64,000 bases of DNA from Acetobacter sp. 46_36 (GCA_001917135.1 MNTT01000015.1:260222-324221), one strand, 5' to 3'; shown: positions 10,115-20,387, counted from the stretch's first letter. Numbers and translations: made by a program. The notes: generated by a model from the letters alone, not told the origin.

Positions 10115-10903
10115 CTATTCTGCCGTAATGTCAATCAGCCGGTCTAAACTGTTGGTTTCTTTACTGTCGTATCCGGTGGATTCATTTTTCTTTGCAGTCG
10201 GTTTTTCGGCTGCTTTTTTCTTGTTGTTTTTTATTTCCGGCTTGACCAACAGTTCAAACATCTTGTCCATTTGTTCCTGATCGAGTTTGGAAGGAAGGCC
10301 GGTCGGTACCTTTTCTGTCGGCTTGGCGGTGGCTTTTTTGCTGTCGCTTTTTTCTTTTTTCTTCTTTGCGTCCGTGTCTGCTTTGTTTATATCTTCAACA
10401 GATTTCATCGTATTTTTGATAAAGTCTTCGGGCAGCATTTTTTCAATCATGTCAGAACAGGGCTCGGCCATCATAAAATACTGGGATTTTTTCAGAGAAC
10501 CGTCTTTCAGTTCTTCCGGTAGGACGATTTTGACAATCAGAAAGCAAAATCCCAAAATGAGTACCGCTCGCAAAAAGCCAAAAACCAATCCGAACAGCCT
10601 GTCCATAAAACTTAACGTGCTGGTACGTATCTTGGCAATCAGCTTGTCTGTGCCGATAATCCAAATGGCATAAAAAACTGCCATAATTAACAAAAATACC
10701 ACAAATTGTGCCATCAGTTTACTGGCGATAAACTGGTTCATCCACGGTGTTAACAATGGAGACAGATATACTGTCAGAACAACAAACAACGCCAGCCCTA
10801 GAATAGAAAGGACTTCTTTGACGAAACCGCGTATAAAGGCGACCAGCATTGATAAGGCAACGCCGATTAAAATGATGACATCAATATTATTTAACGGTTC
10901 CAT
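10115..10903 (-). CDS. cvpA: CvpA (colicin V production) family membrane protein with K/E-rich C-terminal tail
   Basis: Four TM helices in the N-terminal 160 aa typical of CvpA. C-terminal ~90 aa are lysine/glutamate-rich low complexity. Confidence 0.7.
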   Translation of the reverse strand: MEPLNNIDVIILIGVALSMLVAFIRGFVKEVLSILGLALFVVLTVYLSPLLTPWMNQFIASKLMAQFVVFLLIMAVFYAIWIIGTDKLIAKIRTSTLSFMDRLFGLVFGFLRAVLILGFCFLIVKIVLPEELKDGSLKKSQYFMMAEPCSDMIEKMLPEDFIKNTMKSVEDINKADTDAKKKKEKSDSKKATAKPTEKVPTGLPSKLDQEQMDKMFELLVKPEIKNNKKKAAEKPTAKKNESTGYDSKETNSLDRLIDITAE

Positions 10904-10917
10904 CTGTTTTAGCTCCT

Positions 10918-12294
10918 CTAACTAAATCTGGAAATCAGACGCTGAACATTGCCGATTTCATGATAAGACATATTGGCAATCAGCTTTTGTTTTTTGTCTT
11001 TATTAAATGAATTGGGGATAATAGCATTGGAAAAACCGAGTTTCTGCGCTTCTTTCAGGCGCAAAGTCGGCTGGCTGACTGCTCTGATTTCCCCGGACAA
11101 TCCGATTTCTCCGAAAACAACCATGTCAGCCGGAAGAGGTTTGTTTGTCATCGACGAAATGACTGCCATGGCAACAGCCAAATCAGCGGCCGGTTCGGTA
11201 ATTTTTAATCCTCCGGCAATGTTCAGATAAACATCGTGTGTACTGAAATTCATGCCGCAGCGCGCTTCCAAAACCGCTAAAATCATAGCCAGCCGGTTTG
11301 AATCCCAGCCGACCACAGCACGTTTTGCTCCAGCATATCCGCTGTTGCCGACCAAAGCCTGAATTTCTACCAGCAATGGGCGTGAACCTTCGATTCCGGC
11401 AAAAACGCACGAACCGGAAACACATCCCTGTCTTTCCGCCAAAAACAAGGCGGAAGGGTTTTCCACTTCGACAAGTCCGTTGTCCTGCATTTCAAAAACG
11501 CCGATTTCGTCAGTAGCACCGTATCTGTTTTTGACTGCACGCAAAATACGGAAGTGATGTCCCCTGTCGCCTTCAAAATAAAGCACCGTATCAACCATAT
11601 GTTCCAAAACGCGCGGTCCGGCAATAGAGCCTTGTTTAGTAACATGTCCGACCAGAAACAGCGTAAATCCCTTTTTCTTGGCAATTTTTATCAGTTCATA
11701 AGCTGCTGCCCGAACTTGGGCGACACTTCCCGGTGTCGATTCGACTTCGTCAATATACATTGTCTGAATCGAGTCGATTATAACCAAAGTCGGATTTTCT
11801 TTTTCCAAAGTTGCAATAATGTCTTTAACGCTGGTTGTGCTGGCCAGACGCACGGGGGCATCGGCTAACCCAAGACGTTTGGCACGAATTCGTACTTGGT
11901 CAATCGCCTCTTCGCCTGAAATATAAAAACAGCTGTTATCTTGTAATTTATTAGCCATTCCTGCGCAAATTTGCAGCAATAACGTTGATTTGCCGATTCC
12001 CGGGTCGCCGCCGACCAGAATAACTGACCCCGGTACCAATCCTCCGCCGGATACGCGGTTAATTTCGGAAAGGTTGGTAACCAGTCTTTTGTAGGTCTGG
12101 CTTTCGCCGTTCAGCGAAACAAAATCAATCTGGTTTCCCGGTTTTTTTGTGGAAATATTAGAAAATTCTTCGCTCGCTCTTTTTTCTTCGACAATTGTGT
12201 TCCACTCGCCGCAGGCATCGCATTTGCCCTGCCATTTGGGATATACGGCGCCACAGGACTGGCAGACATAATCAATGGTCGACTTTTTTGCCAT
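10918..12294 (-). CDS. radA: DNA repair protein RadA (Sms)
   Basis: N-terminal C4 zinc finger (CQSCGAVYPKWQGKCDACGEW), RecA-like Walker A GDPGIGKST, KNRYG motif, Lon-like C-terminal domain. Confidence 0.9.
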   Translation of the reverse strand: MAKKSTIDYVCQSCGAVYPKWQGKCDACGEWNTIVEEKRASEEFSNISTKKPGNQIDFVSLNGESQTYKRLVTNLSEINRVSGGGLVPGSVILVGGDPGIGKSTLLLQICAGMANKLQDNSCFYISGEEAIDQVRIRAKRLGLADAPVRLASTTSVKDIIATLEKENPTLVIIDSIQTMYIDEVESTPGSVAQVRAAAYELIKIAKKKGFTLFLVGHVTKQGSIAGPRVLEHMVDTVLYFEGDRGHHFRILRAVKNRYGATDEIGVFEMQDNGLVEVENPSALFLAERQGCVSGSCVFAGIEGSRPLLVEIQALVGNSGYAGAKRAVVGWDSNRLAMILAVLEARCGMNFSTHDVYLNIAGGLKITEPAADLAVAMAVISSMTNKPLPADMVVFGEIGLSGEIRAVSQPTLRLKEAQKLGFSNAIIPNSFNKDKKQKLIANMSYHEIGNVQRLISRFS

Positions 12295-12295
12295 A

Positions 12296-13063
12296 CTATT
12301 TCTCCACTTTTATCGGGCCTTTGGAAGAACCGTTGATAAACTGTCTGACATAGGGATTGGTTGTCTTATCTAGTTCTTTGACCGTACCGTACCAGATGAT
12401 TTTTCCTTCATACAGCATGGCTATTTTGTCGGCAATTTTTCTTGCCGATGCCATGTCATGCGTAATTGTCAATGTCGTAGCCCCTAAATCTTTGGCCGAT
12501 TCTATAATCAAATCGTTGATAACGTCCGCCATAATCGGATCAAGTCCGGTTGTCGGCTCGTCAAAAAAGATAATCTCGGGGCGGGTAATGACTGCCCGTG
12601 CCAACCCGACGCGTTTCTGCATGCCGCCGGAGAGTTCTGATGGATATAGGTCGGCAATGTCTTCTGTCAGCCCGACCTGGCGTAAAACTTTTATCGCCAC
12701 GATTTTAGCTTCTTTTTTGCTGAATCCTCTGTTTTGAATAAGGTCAAAGGCAACATTTTCCCATACTGTCAGGCTGTCAAACAATGCGCCGCCCTGAAAC
12801 AGCATTCCCATTTTACTGTGCATACTGTCGATAACGTCCGGATTCTCGTTGGCTATTTCTATGTCGTCAATTTCAATTGAACCGCTGTCGGGAATAAGCA
12901 GTCCCTGAATACACTTGATTAAGACCGATTTTCCTGTTCCCGAACCGCCGATGACAACCAGAGATTCTCCTTTGTATAAATCTAAGTCAACCCCATTCAG
13001 AACATGTTTTTTTCCGAAACTTTTGTGCAGGTCTCTTATTTTGATTTTTATTTCTTTTGCCAT
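12296..13063 (-). CDS. mlaF: ABC transporter ATP-binding protein, MlaF-like
   Basis: Walker A GGSGTGKS, signature LSGGMQKRVGLARA, Walker B IIFFDEPT. Immediately downstream of an MlaE-like permease. Confidence 0.8.
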   Translation of the reverse strand: MAKEIKIKIRDLHKSFGKKHVLNGVDLDLYKGESLVVIGGSGTGKSVLIKCIQGLLIPDSGSIEIDDIEIANENPDVIDSMHSKMGMLFQGGALFDSLTVWENVAFDLIQNRGFSKKEAKIVAIKVLRQVGLTEDIADLYPSELSGGMQKRVGLARAVITRPEIIFFDEPTTGLDPIMADVINDLIIESAKDLGATTLTITHDMASARKIADKIAMLYEGKIIWYGTVKELDKTTNPYVRQFINGSSKGPIKVEK

Positions 13064-13075
13064 ATCAGCCTCCGT

Positions 13076-13891
13076 TTATCTGGAAAAGAACATTTCCGTA
13101 ATAAGATAGTTGAAAATCAAAATCAGAATAGACGAAGAAACGACGGCATTTGTCGTCGCATTGCCAACGCCTTGTGCACCGCCTTTAGACTTGTAGCCGT
13201 GGTAGCAGCCCATCATCGAAATAATAAATCCGAAAACGGCGGCCTTGACCAAACCGGATACTATGCCGATAATCTGTAAATCCTGAAAAGTCGCCGTAAT
13301 ATAGTTGGCAGGGTTAAATCCCAGTTTATAAACGCCGACGACATATCCGCCGAAAATACCGATAATATCGCCGATTAAAACTAACAGCGGCAAAACCAGC
13401 AAGCCCGCCCATAATCTCGGTGCAACCAGATATTTAAAAGGGTTTGTCGACAGCGTAACCAAGGCATCAATTTGTTCAGTAACACGCATGGTTCCGATTT
13501 CAGCTGCCATAGCTGCTCCGATTCTCCCCGCGACCATAAGCGCCGATAAAACCGGTGCCAGTTCGCGTGTAACCGAAATCAGAACTACCGATGCTATGAC
13601 GCTTTCTGCCTTAAAGCCTGAAAAGCCTGAATAAGTTTGCAGAGCAATAACCATACCTGCAAACAAGGTCGTCAGTCCTACCACCGGTAACGAATAAAAG
13701 CCTATATCCAAAACCTGCTTAAAAAACAGCTTAAAATAAAACGGCGGAACAAAACAGTGATATATTGCTTTTAATATAAAAGACGTCAAATCACCCAGCG
13801 ATGATAAGAACTTAACTAACGGCTTGCCGAGAGCCCGTAAAAAAACTTCACCCAAACGCATTATCATTTTAATTACCCCGGTATATTGCAT
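13076..13891 (-). CDS. mlaE: MlaE-family ABC permease (phospholipid retrograde transport)
   Basis: Multi-TM protein with MlaE-like conserved stretches (VTEQIDAL, VVGLTTLFAGMV). Internal Met starts are possible. No MlaD gene is adjacent. Confidence 0.75.
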   Translation of the reverse strand: MQYTGVIKMIMRLGEVFLRALGKPLVKFLSSLGDLTSFILKAIYHCFVPPFYFKLFFKQVLDIGFYSLPVVGLTTLFAGMVIALQTYSGFSGFKAESVIASVVLISVTRELAPVLSALMVAGRIGAAMAAEIGTMRVTEQIDALVTLSTNPFKYLVAPRLWAGLLVLPLLVLIGDIIGIFGGYVVGVYKLGFNPANYITATFQDLQIIGIVSGLVKAAVFGFIISMMGCYHGYKSKGGAQGVGNATTNAVVSSSILILIFNYLITEMFFSR

Positions 13892-13912
13892 TTATGACTT
13901 ATAATAAAACGC

Positions 13913-14338
13913 TTAACTTATTATGCCACTTATTTTTGTTATAATTTTATAAACTGTAGAACATTCAAACGGATAAAGCTTTAATTTTGTAACGGATACC
14001 CCCAACAAATCAACCGTATCCGGCAAAGGCAGCCGCTCAAGCTCTTTTTTATCGGTGCAAAGTTCTGCACAAAGAGTTATTTCTGCTTCTTTGGCTGCTG
14101 GAAAGTTTCCGATTCCCACATTCCTTATCTCTAGTTTTCCTGAAATTGTTTCTGGGGCGGAACCGTACACTTTTCCGTTTTTCAACACAAGGTCAACTCT
14201 GTCGTCGGCAACTAGTTGCGCTTGGTATTCCATAATCATCCGCAACGCCAAATCCGATTTTCCGCTGCCGGATTTTCCGGTCAGCAAAATCCCTTTACCG
14301 TTCAGGCTGACAAGTGTGGCATGAATGTTAATCGCCAT
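13913..14338 (-). CDS. hprK: HPr kinase/phosphorylase C-terminal-domain protein (short HprK typical of Alphaproteobacteria)
   Basis: 141 aa with P-loop GKSGSGKS; corresponds to the kinase domain only. Confidence 0.65.
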   Translation of the reverse strand: MAINIHATLVSLNGKGILLTGKSGSGKSDLALRMIMEYQAQLVADDRVDLVLKNGKVYGSAPETISGKLEIRNVGIGNFPAAKEAEITLCAELCTDKKELERLPLPDTVDLLGVSVTKLKLYPFECSTVYKIITKISGIIS

Positions 14339-14798
14339 AGCCTAGTTTCTCCAAGCGTTCCTTTTTTTCTTCATCGGAAACCGTTACTTCAAAATAGCGG
14401 GCAGAATCTTTTGTAAAAATATTTACAGTCCAAATATTTTTAGGTAGAAGATACCCGATTTTTTCCGGCCACTCAATCAGGTTAACGCCGTTATAGAAAG
14501 ATTCCTCAATGCCCAGCTCATAAGCTTCTTCGGGAGATTTAAGGCGGTACATATCATAATGATATATCTCAAAATCATTTCCCTCGTACGACTGTACCAG
14601 AGTAAAAGTCGGGCTGGGAACCTCCTGTGCATCGCTCAGATTCTGAATAAAAAAGCGCGAAAAAGTGCTTTTTCCTGCGCCAAGCGTGCCGTATAGCGCA
14701 AAAATGTCCCCTTTTTGCGCCACATTGCTAAAACAGCAGGCTAATTTTTTCGTATCGTTTTCCGTTAAGCATTTAAATATTTTTTTATATTCTGTCAT
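14328..14798 (-). CDS. tsaE: tRNA threonylcarbamoyladenosine biosynthesis protein TsaE
   Basis: ALYGTLGAGKSTFSRFF P-loop and YHYDMYRL motif. Start set at MTEYKKIF (14798). The longer 230-aa ORF start would overlap the upstream nuclease gene. Confidence 0.7.
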   Translation of the reverse strand: MTEYKKIFKCLTENDTKKLACCFSNVAQKGDIFALYGTLGAGKSTFSRFFIQNLSDAQEVPSPTFTLVQSYEGNDFEIYHYDMYRLKSPEEAYELGIEESFYNGVNLIEWPEKIGYLLPKNIWTVNIFTKDSARYFEVTVSDEEKKERLEKLGYGD

Positions 14799-14799
14799 T

Positions 14800-15666
14800 T
14801 TATTTAAACCATGAGCCAAAATCAAAAAAGCCGCCGCCTTTGGAAACAGTTGTCCGTTTGATTGTAAAATCGTTGCGGCGACGCTTAATGTCGCGCCAGT
14901 CTTCCGGTGCATAAAATGTCCCCTGCCATAAGCCGGAAGATTCGCTTTTGGCCTTGGCTTCATAAGGGCGGTAGATGTCAGATTCTCTCGTATTTGCCAA
15001 AGCCCATCCGGCACCGACAAGTCCGGCGCCTATGTCATATTCTCCCCAAACGCATGTAGCCAAATCCTGTCCGTTGGGTTCTATTTTTAACAAATAACAG
15101 TCAATAGGGTTATTGTCTATCCAGCCCCGAACCCATGATGCGGCTTCTTCTCCGCAGTTGTATGAACTTCCGTTGGCATCTGAACAAATCTGATCATTAT
15201 CAGGCGCGTCAACGCCGAACAGACGGACATAGCGCCCGCCTATATAAAAAACATGCGCATGTATAACATTAGCGCTTCCGCTTATTTTAGGATAAGCCGA
15301 AGGGTCAAACCCGGTTTCTCTTTTCTTTTTCTGTTCTTTTCTGGGTGTTTTTTCCTGTTTTGATAAGCTTCGGCTTTTTTCCAGTTCATATTCCAGCCGG
15401 GCATCAATAATTTCTTTTTCTTGTCCAAGCGTTTCGTTATGTGTAGAATATAAAGCGTAAGCCAGCCCTGCTGCCGTAAGCGTAATCCAGAAATTATATT
15501 TGGGAAGCTGCTGGACAATGGCAATATGAGCCAAAGTAATGCCGCCGACAAGTATGCAAAAACCGATGGCCTGCCATACTTGTTCCCCGCCGTGGATAAG
15601 CCGTGCGCCGATAAATATAAAAATAAGCGCAACGATTCCGCATATAATTCTTTTCAACCAAAGCAT
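14800..15666 (-). CDS. Membrane-anchored thermonuclease (staphylococcal nuclease, SNase-like) family protein
   Basis: Three N-terminal TM helices, K/E-rich linker, then an SNase-like domain (VFYIGGRYVRLFGVDAPD...GEEAASWVRGWI...CVWGEYDIGAGLVGAGWA). Confidence 0.6.
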   Translation of the reverse strand: MLWLKRIICGIVALIFIFIGARLIHGGEQVWQAIGFCILVGGITLAHIAIVQQLPKYNFWITLTAAGLAYALYSTHNETLGQEKEIIDARLEYELEKSRSLSKQEKTPRKEQKKKRETGFDPSAYPKISGSANVIHAHVFYIGGRYVRLFGVDAPDNDQICSDANGSSYNCGEEAASWVRGWIDNNPIDCYLLKIEPNGQDLATCVWGEYDIGAGLVGAGWALANTRESDIYRPYEAKAKSESSGLWQGTFYAPEDWRDIKRRRNDFTIKRTTVSKGGGFFDFGSWFK

Positions 15667-15707
15667 GGCATCTCCACTGTGTCATTCCTCTGCATATAAA
15701 ATGCTCT

Positions 15708-17453
15708 TTAATCGTAAAGATTTGGTAAAATCTCTTCTTTTTTGCCTGTGTTTATTTTTTGTTTGTCTGCTTTTTTCAAAGCAGAGATAAAAGCAGTAGC
15801 ATCAAAAAAGGTTTCGTTATCCGAATATAAGAGCTGATTAAGCAGATGTAACTGTTGCGAAAAGCCTTCGCTGCCGGATTTTTCGGCAATGATATTAAAA
15901 TTGGCAATATTTTCATCGCCATATTTTACTTTAGCCCATTTCAGCAGAAATTTCTTAGCTGTTTTATAGTCTTTTCTTTTTATAGCTCTGATAACCTCGT
16001 CACGATATATGCGGGCATGATTTTTTCTGCGGCGCATTAACATCAAAAAGGCAAAAGCAAAAAGAACAAAAGAGATAAGGGCATATAGATAAAAACTCTT
16101 ACTATTCTTCGGAAGAAATGGAGGCTCGTTTTTTTTCTGCTGCGGCAGAGAATTGATATTATCTTTGCCTGTATTATGTGCAGAAATTGCAGGAAGCAAA
16201 GGTGTTGTTTTTTCTTCAGTCTGTTCTTCAGGGAGGTTTGTATTCGGGGCAATGTCAATAACTTCTGCAGGAAGCGTTGTTTTTTCAAACAATCCGCTGT
16301 TTACATTAAACCATTCGATTTCCTGCTGGGGAAGTTTAAATTTTCCTGCCTTTTCGGGAATATAAACAACATTGATGGTTGCAGTTGTAACAAGTTGTCC
16401 GTCAACGGCAGACATGCTTGTTTCCGGTTTTTCCGGATACTGCTTAAAACCTTCTATGTCAGGAAATTGTAAAGCTGGAAACATGTCTTCGGGAAGTCCT
16501 GCTGCCGTTATGGTTATTTTTCGGCTTAAAGCTTCTCCCGCTTTAAATTGAGTTTGTGAAGACCATTCAGCCTGCATTGTCAGATTGCTCAAGGGAAGCC
16601 ATACTCCTGAAAATCCGCTTGGTTTAGGTTTAATGGTAATATTTTGCGGTTTGGTTCTCATGCGGACAGGAACTTTTTGCCCGAAAGCGTTGCGAAAATC
16701 GACGCCAAAAGTCATCAGGTCATCTTGAAAATCAGGAAATCCGAAATCAACGTTTTTAATATAAAAGCCATTGAATAAAAACTGCGGAACGGCAATTTTG
16801 CCGCTTTTAAGGGGAAATGCAGCAAAAACATAAGTGAGGACATTCATGTTTTTTCCGTTTATAACATCTTTTTTGATGAAAGGCTTGTTGGAAAGAGGCG
16901 TAATAGTCCAGTTTTTTTGCGTTTCATCGCTGATGTCAAGAGAACTGCCCTGCAGTCCCAGACTGTCATAAATCGTAACCCAAACGGTCAACTGTTGCTG
17001 AACATAAGGCGTTTCCGGACTGAATGTCTGTTCGATTTGGAAATACGGCGAATTGGAATTTTCCTTGCTGTCGGGAACAAAAGCGATATTTGAAACTTCT
17101 TTTACTTCAACTTCGGCATAATTTGAACTCAATCCGCCGAGCGTAATCGGTTTTATGGTAATTTTTCCTGTTTTAAGCGGTTTTAAGCCAATCGTCCACC
17201 TTTTGGTTTGTGTCAATGTTCCGTTAATATAATTTATTTGTCGGGCGGCATAATTGGAAACAATCTGAAAATCTTGTTGCAATGCACTTAAATCGGGATT
17301 TTCATCACTGTTACCGTTATAATCAATAGTCAAATTTAGGGTATCGCCCTCCGACATAGCGTTCTTGTCCAAATTAATGTTTATTTCTGCCGCATGAACG
17401 TGGAAAGCAAATAAACAGCCAAAGAAAAAAGTAAACAGGTTAAATATTTTCAT
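15708..17453 (-). CDS. batD: BatD-like protein (Bat aerotolerance-operon family), signal peptide + C-terminal TM
   Basis: Secreted 581-aa protein ending in a TM segment and a cytoplasmic tail. Last gene of a batA/batB-batC/batD-like cluster with overlapping stops/starts. Confidence 0.6.
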   Translation of the reverse strand: MKIFNLFTFFFGCLFAFHVHAAEININLDKNAMSEGDTLNLTIDYNGNSDENPDLSALQQDFQIVSNYAARQINYINGTLTQTKRWTIGLKPLKTGKITIKPITLGGLSSNYAEVEVKEVSNIAFVPDSKENSNSPYFQIEQTFSPETPYVQQQLTVWVTIYDSLGLQGSSLDISDETQKNWTITPLSNKPFIKKDVINGKNMNVLTYVFAAFPLKSGKIAVPQFLFNGFYIKNVDFGFPDFQDDLMTFGVDFRNAFGQKVPVRMRTKPQNITIKPKPSGFSGVWLPLSNLTMQAEWSSQTQFKAGEALSRKITITAAGLPEDMFPALQFPDIEGFKQYPEKPETSMSAVDGQLVTTATINVVYIPEKAGKFKLPQQEIEWFNVNSGLFEKTTLPAEVIDIAPNTNLPEEQTEEKTTPLLPAISAHNTGKDNINSLPQQKKNEPPFLPKNSKSFYLYALISFVLFAFAFLMLMRRRKNHARIYRDEVIRAIKRKDYKTAKKFLLKWAKVKYGDENIANFNIIAEKSGSEGFSQQLHLLNQLLYSDNETFFDATAFISALKKADKQKINTGKKEEILPNLYD

Positions 17454-19374
17454 CTCTATATCTGTCCTTTACATATTCTTTTTTTATAAATTCACGCAGT
17501 AACCCTCCGGGATCTTCAGGGATTTCCCGATATTGCCTCTGCATCATGATTGCCTCACCGTCATATTGCTCATTTTCGTTTCCCTGTTGAGCCCTGACCA
17601 GATTGACGGACTGTTCCTCTTGTTGCCTTTCTGTTCCGTTATTATCGTTTCCTGGAGTATTTCTGCTCTGGGCTTCGTCCTCTCCCCCAAGAGTGGCCTC
17701 AGCCGGCTGTTGCTTATTTTCACTGTTTTTTTGAGAACTGGTTTTATCGCTTTTTTCAGAATCCGTCTGTGTTTTTTGCTGTTGTTCGTCAGTATTCGTT
17801 TGCGCGTTTCTGTTTTCTTCTTCTGTTTTGGAGGCGGTAGAATTGCCCTGTTCCGTTTTAGGAGAGGCTTCCGGTGTGTTTTTATCGTTTTGCTGTGATT
17901 GGCTTTGACGCTGTCCGTTTTGGCCGGTTTGATTTTGGGAAGACTGTTTTTGCTGCTCCTGCTTCTCTTTATTGTTTTGCGGCGATGGATTGTTATTTGA
18001 ACTTTGGTCTTGTCTGGGTTTCTGTTCTTGCGCATCGTTTGTAGAAGGATTTTGCTGTTTTTGATTATCGCCGCACTCAAGAACGGATGGGTCTTGTTTT
18101 GCTTTTTCAAATAATTCATTTATAACTGTAAGATTATATTCGGCATCACTGTTTTTTGCATCAGCCTCAAGCGCTTTGGCAAAAGCTTCTTTTGCTTCAT
18201 TATATTTGCACATTTTTGTCAGAATGACGCCTTGGTTATAAAAAGAAAGGCTGCTGTTGGATTTCTGAAATTCTTTTAAGGCATCTTCAGGCCTGCCCTG
18301 TTTGTAAAGGGTTGCTCCTATCCAGTCCGTGTTCTTAAAAAACTTGAGAGCCTGTTCATATTGCCCTTTTTGAAACAGTCTGAGGCCTTCCTGATCATTA
18401 TTCAGAAAAAATCCGGCATAAGCCTGCAACGGAAACAACAATAAAACAAGAACAATCATTCCCCGCCGGAAAAACATCAAAGTGCAAAACAGGGGGATAA
18501 ACAACAGATAATATCCGTAATCTTCAAAATCAGAACGCATATTTTGGCTGCGTTTAATTCTTTCTTCGTTAATTTTTGTGATTTCATTGACAAGTTTTTG
18601 CGTATTTGCACTTCTAACGCTTAAATAGACGCCGTTTCCGGTATCTGCCAAAACTTTGAGCTTTTCGTTTCCTGAAAATGATGTATCAATAACGTGAACT
18701 TTGTAATTAAGGGCAGATGCTTTTTTGACGTGTTGTAATGCCAAGTCAAACCGCTGCCCGACGTCGGAAGTAAATAAAATAATGCTGCCCTGCGCATAAC
18801 CTGCGGCTTTAAATCGTTCAATTGCCAAATCAACAGCCCGGTCAAGCCGGTCGCCGTTGTCCGGAACAATGTCCGGTCTGATTTGCGGCAGAAGGTTTTT
18901 TAATAATTTGACATCGTCAGCAATCGGCGTAATGACATACGGTTCCTCCGAATATACTTCCAGGCCGAACTGCCCCTGCGGAATGTGTTCTGCCAAATCG
19001 GAAATCATAAATTTAGCCCGGTCAAGTCTGGAAGGCGTGATATCCGTAAGTTGCATATCCTGCGCCAGACTGAGGACAAACATATTCGGATTTTCCACGG
19101 CAAGGGAAGGGATTTCCGTTTTTTTCCATGCCGGCCCGGCAGCCGCAATGGCCGCCACGGCCAATCCCGTATAAATGAGTTTTTTTACGGAAAAATGCCT
19201 TTGCCCGCTATTGCTGACCAAAAGAAAATTTAACAAATTTTTATCACAAACATCTGCCCACGACGAAGCATTTCCACCTGTTTTTAATTTCTTAAAAAAC
19301 AAAAGCAGAGGAAGCAGCAGAAAAACCAGCAGCCATGGGCGCAAAAAATGAAAATTATGGAATAAATCGTTCAT
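17440..19374 (-). CDS. BatB/BatC-like fusion: N-terminal TM + von Willebrand A domain + TM + TPR repeats + ~230 aa Q/N/S/E/K-rich low-complexity tail
   Basis: vWA-like region (DLSRTQ-type motifs, LFTSDVGQ), TPR-like stretch (YEQALKFFKN...AKEAFAKALEADAKN). The C-terminal half is almost all Q, N, S, E, K, T. Confidence 0.6.
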   Translation of the reverse strand: MNDLFHNFHFLRPWLLVFLLLPLLLFFKKLKTGGNASSWADVCDKNLLNFLLVSNSGQRHFSVKKLIYTGLAVAAIAAAGPAWKKTEIPSLAVENPNMFVLSLAQDMQLTDITPSRLDRAKFMISDLAEHIPQGQFGLEVYSEEPYVITPIADDVKLLKNLLPQIRPDIVPDNGDRLDRAVDLAIERFKAAGYAQGSIILFTSDVGQRFDLALQHVKKASALNYKVHVIDTSFSGNEKLKVLADTGNGVYLSVRSANTQKLVNEITKINEERIKRSQNMRSDFEDYGYYLLFIPLFCTLMFFRRGMIVLVLLLFPLQAYAGFFLNNDQEGLRLFQKGQYEQALKFFKNTDWIGATLYKQGRPEDALKEFQKSNSSLSFYNQGVILTKMCKYNEAKEAFAKALEADAKNSDAEYNLTVINELFEKAKQDPSVLECGDNQKQQNPSTNDAQEQKPRQDQSSNNNPSPQNNKEKQEQQKQSSQNQTGQNGQRQSQSQQNDKNTPEASPKTEQGNSTASKTEEENRNAQTNTDEQQQKTQTDSEKSDKTSSQKNSENKQQPAEATLGGEDEAQSRNTPGNDNNGTERQQEEQSVNLVRAQQGNENEQYDGEAIMMQRQYREIPEDPGGLLREFIKKEYVKDRYRDENI

Positions 19375-20387
19375 TTCAGGTATCTCCCCGGCAAAAACAA
19401 CAGAAACAATGCCAAAATAAGGGCAAAAGTCAAAGGAATATAAAACAAGTCTTTTTTCTCCTGCACGATATTGCCCTCGCTTTTAGCCGGCTCCAACTGG
19501 TCAATTTTTGTATATATTTCAGCCAGCGAGTTTACGTCTGTTGCTCGAAAATAGTTTCCTTTTGTTTTTTGAGCCAGCTCCTTCAGGCTTTTTTCATCGA
19601 GTTCGCCATTGCCGAGTCCAAACAGTGAGCCGAGAAAGTTACGGTCGGAACCGACGCCGACGGTATATATTTTTATTCCCTCTTTTTCTGCCAGGCCGAT
19701 GGCTTGTGCCATGCTTAGGGAACCGTCGTTATTTTCTCCGTCCGTGAGCAAAATGATAACTTTATTGTTTTTTTCTTTTTCTTCCCGCAGATTTTTTAAT
19801 GCCAGACCCAGAGCATCGCCGATAGAAGTCGAATTGCCGGCCATACCTGCATCAGCATTATTCAGAATTTCTGCAACGGCATTTTTGTCAAAGGTAAGCG
19901 GAGACTGTACATAAGCGCGTGTTCCAAAAAGAATTAACCCAAGCCGGTCTTCCGTTCTTTTTTGCACAAAAGAGCCGACAACAGCTTTTACGGCTGTCAG
20001 CCTGTCAATCCTTTGGGTTCGGGACAAATCCGGTTGCAGCATTGACGGTGATATGTCTATAACGAGCATAATATCTCTGTTTTCAGCCTTAAGACGGTAT
20101 GGTTCGCCGACAAGTTGAGGACGTGCGGCAGCAATAACAAGCAGCACCCATAAAGAAAAAAGATAAAGATATTTAACGGAAAGCCAAGCTCTGCTTCCCA
20201 AAGCCGAAAATGCCGTTTGTTCAGATTTTGCCTGAATATATTTGATATCTTTTAAAAAGGGAACTTTTAATGCATCGCCGTGTACACCCCTGGCTTTGGG
20301 AAACAGAAAAAAAACGGCGAAAGGAAACAGCAGCAACCAAAAAAATTGCGGATATTCAAAAGTGGTCATAGATTTTCCCCTATCCAT
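19371..20387 (-). CDS. batA: BatA-like von Willebrand A domain membrane protein
   Basis: Two N-terminal TMs, vWA MIDAS motif (LVIDISPSM...DGENNDG), C-terminal TM. Confidence 0.7.
   Translation of the reverse strand: MDRGKSMTTFEYPQFFWLLLFPFAVFFLFPKARGVHGDALKVPFLKDIKYIQAKSEQTAFSALGSRAWLSVKYLYLFSLWVLLVIAAARPQLVGEPYRLKAENRDIMLVIDISPSMLQPDLSRTQRIDRLTAVKAVVGSFVQKRTEDRLGLILFGTRAYVQSPLTFDKNAVAEILNNADAGMAGNSTSIGDALGLALKNLREEKEKNNKVIILLTDGENNDGSLSMAQAIGLAEKEGIKIYTVGVGSDRNFLGSLFGLGNGELDEKSLKELAQKTKGNYFRATDVNSLAEIYTKIDQLEPAKSEGNIVQEKKDLFYIPLTFALILALFLLFLPGRYLK

Noticed and set aside
17544-18119. 191-aa K/R-rich minus ORF and 121-aa plus ORF in the BatB/BatC tail region
   Set aside because: These are alternative frames of the low-complexity Q/N/S-coding repeat DNA. 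Low-complexity DNA generates long spurious ORFs in several frames.
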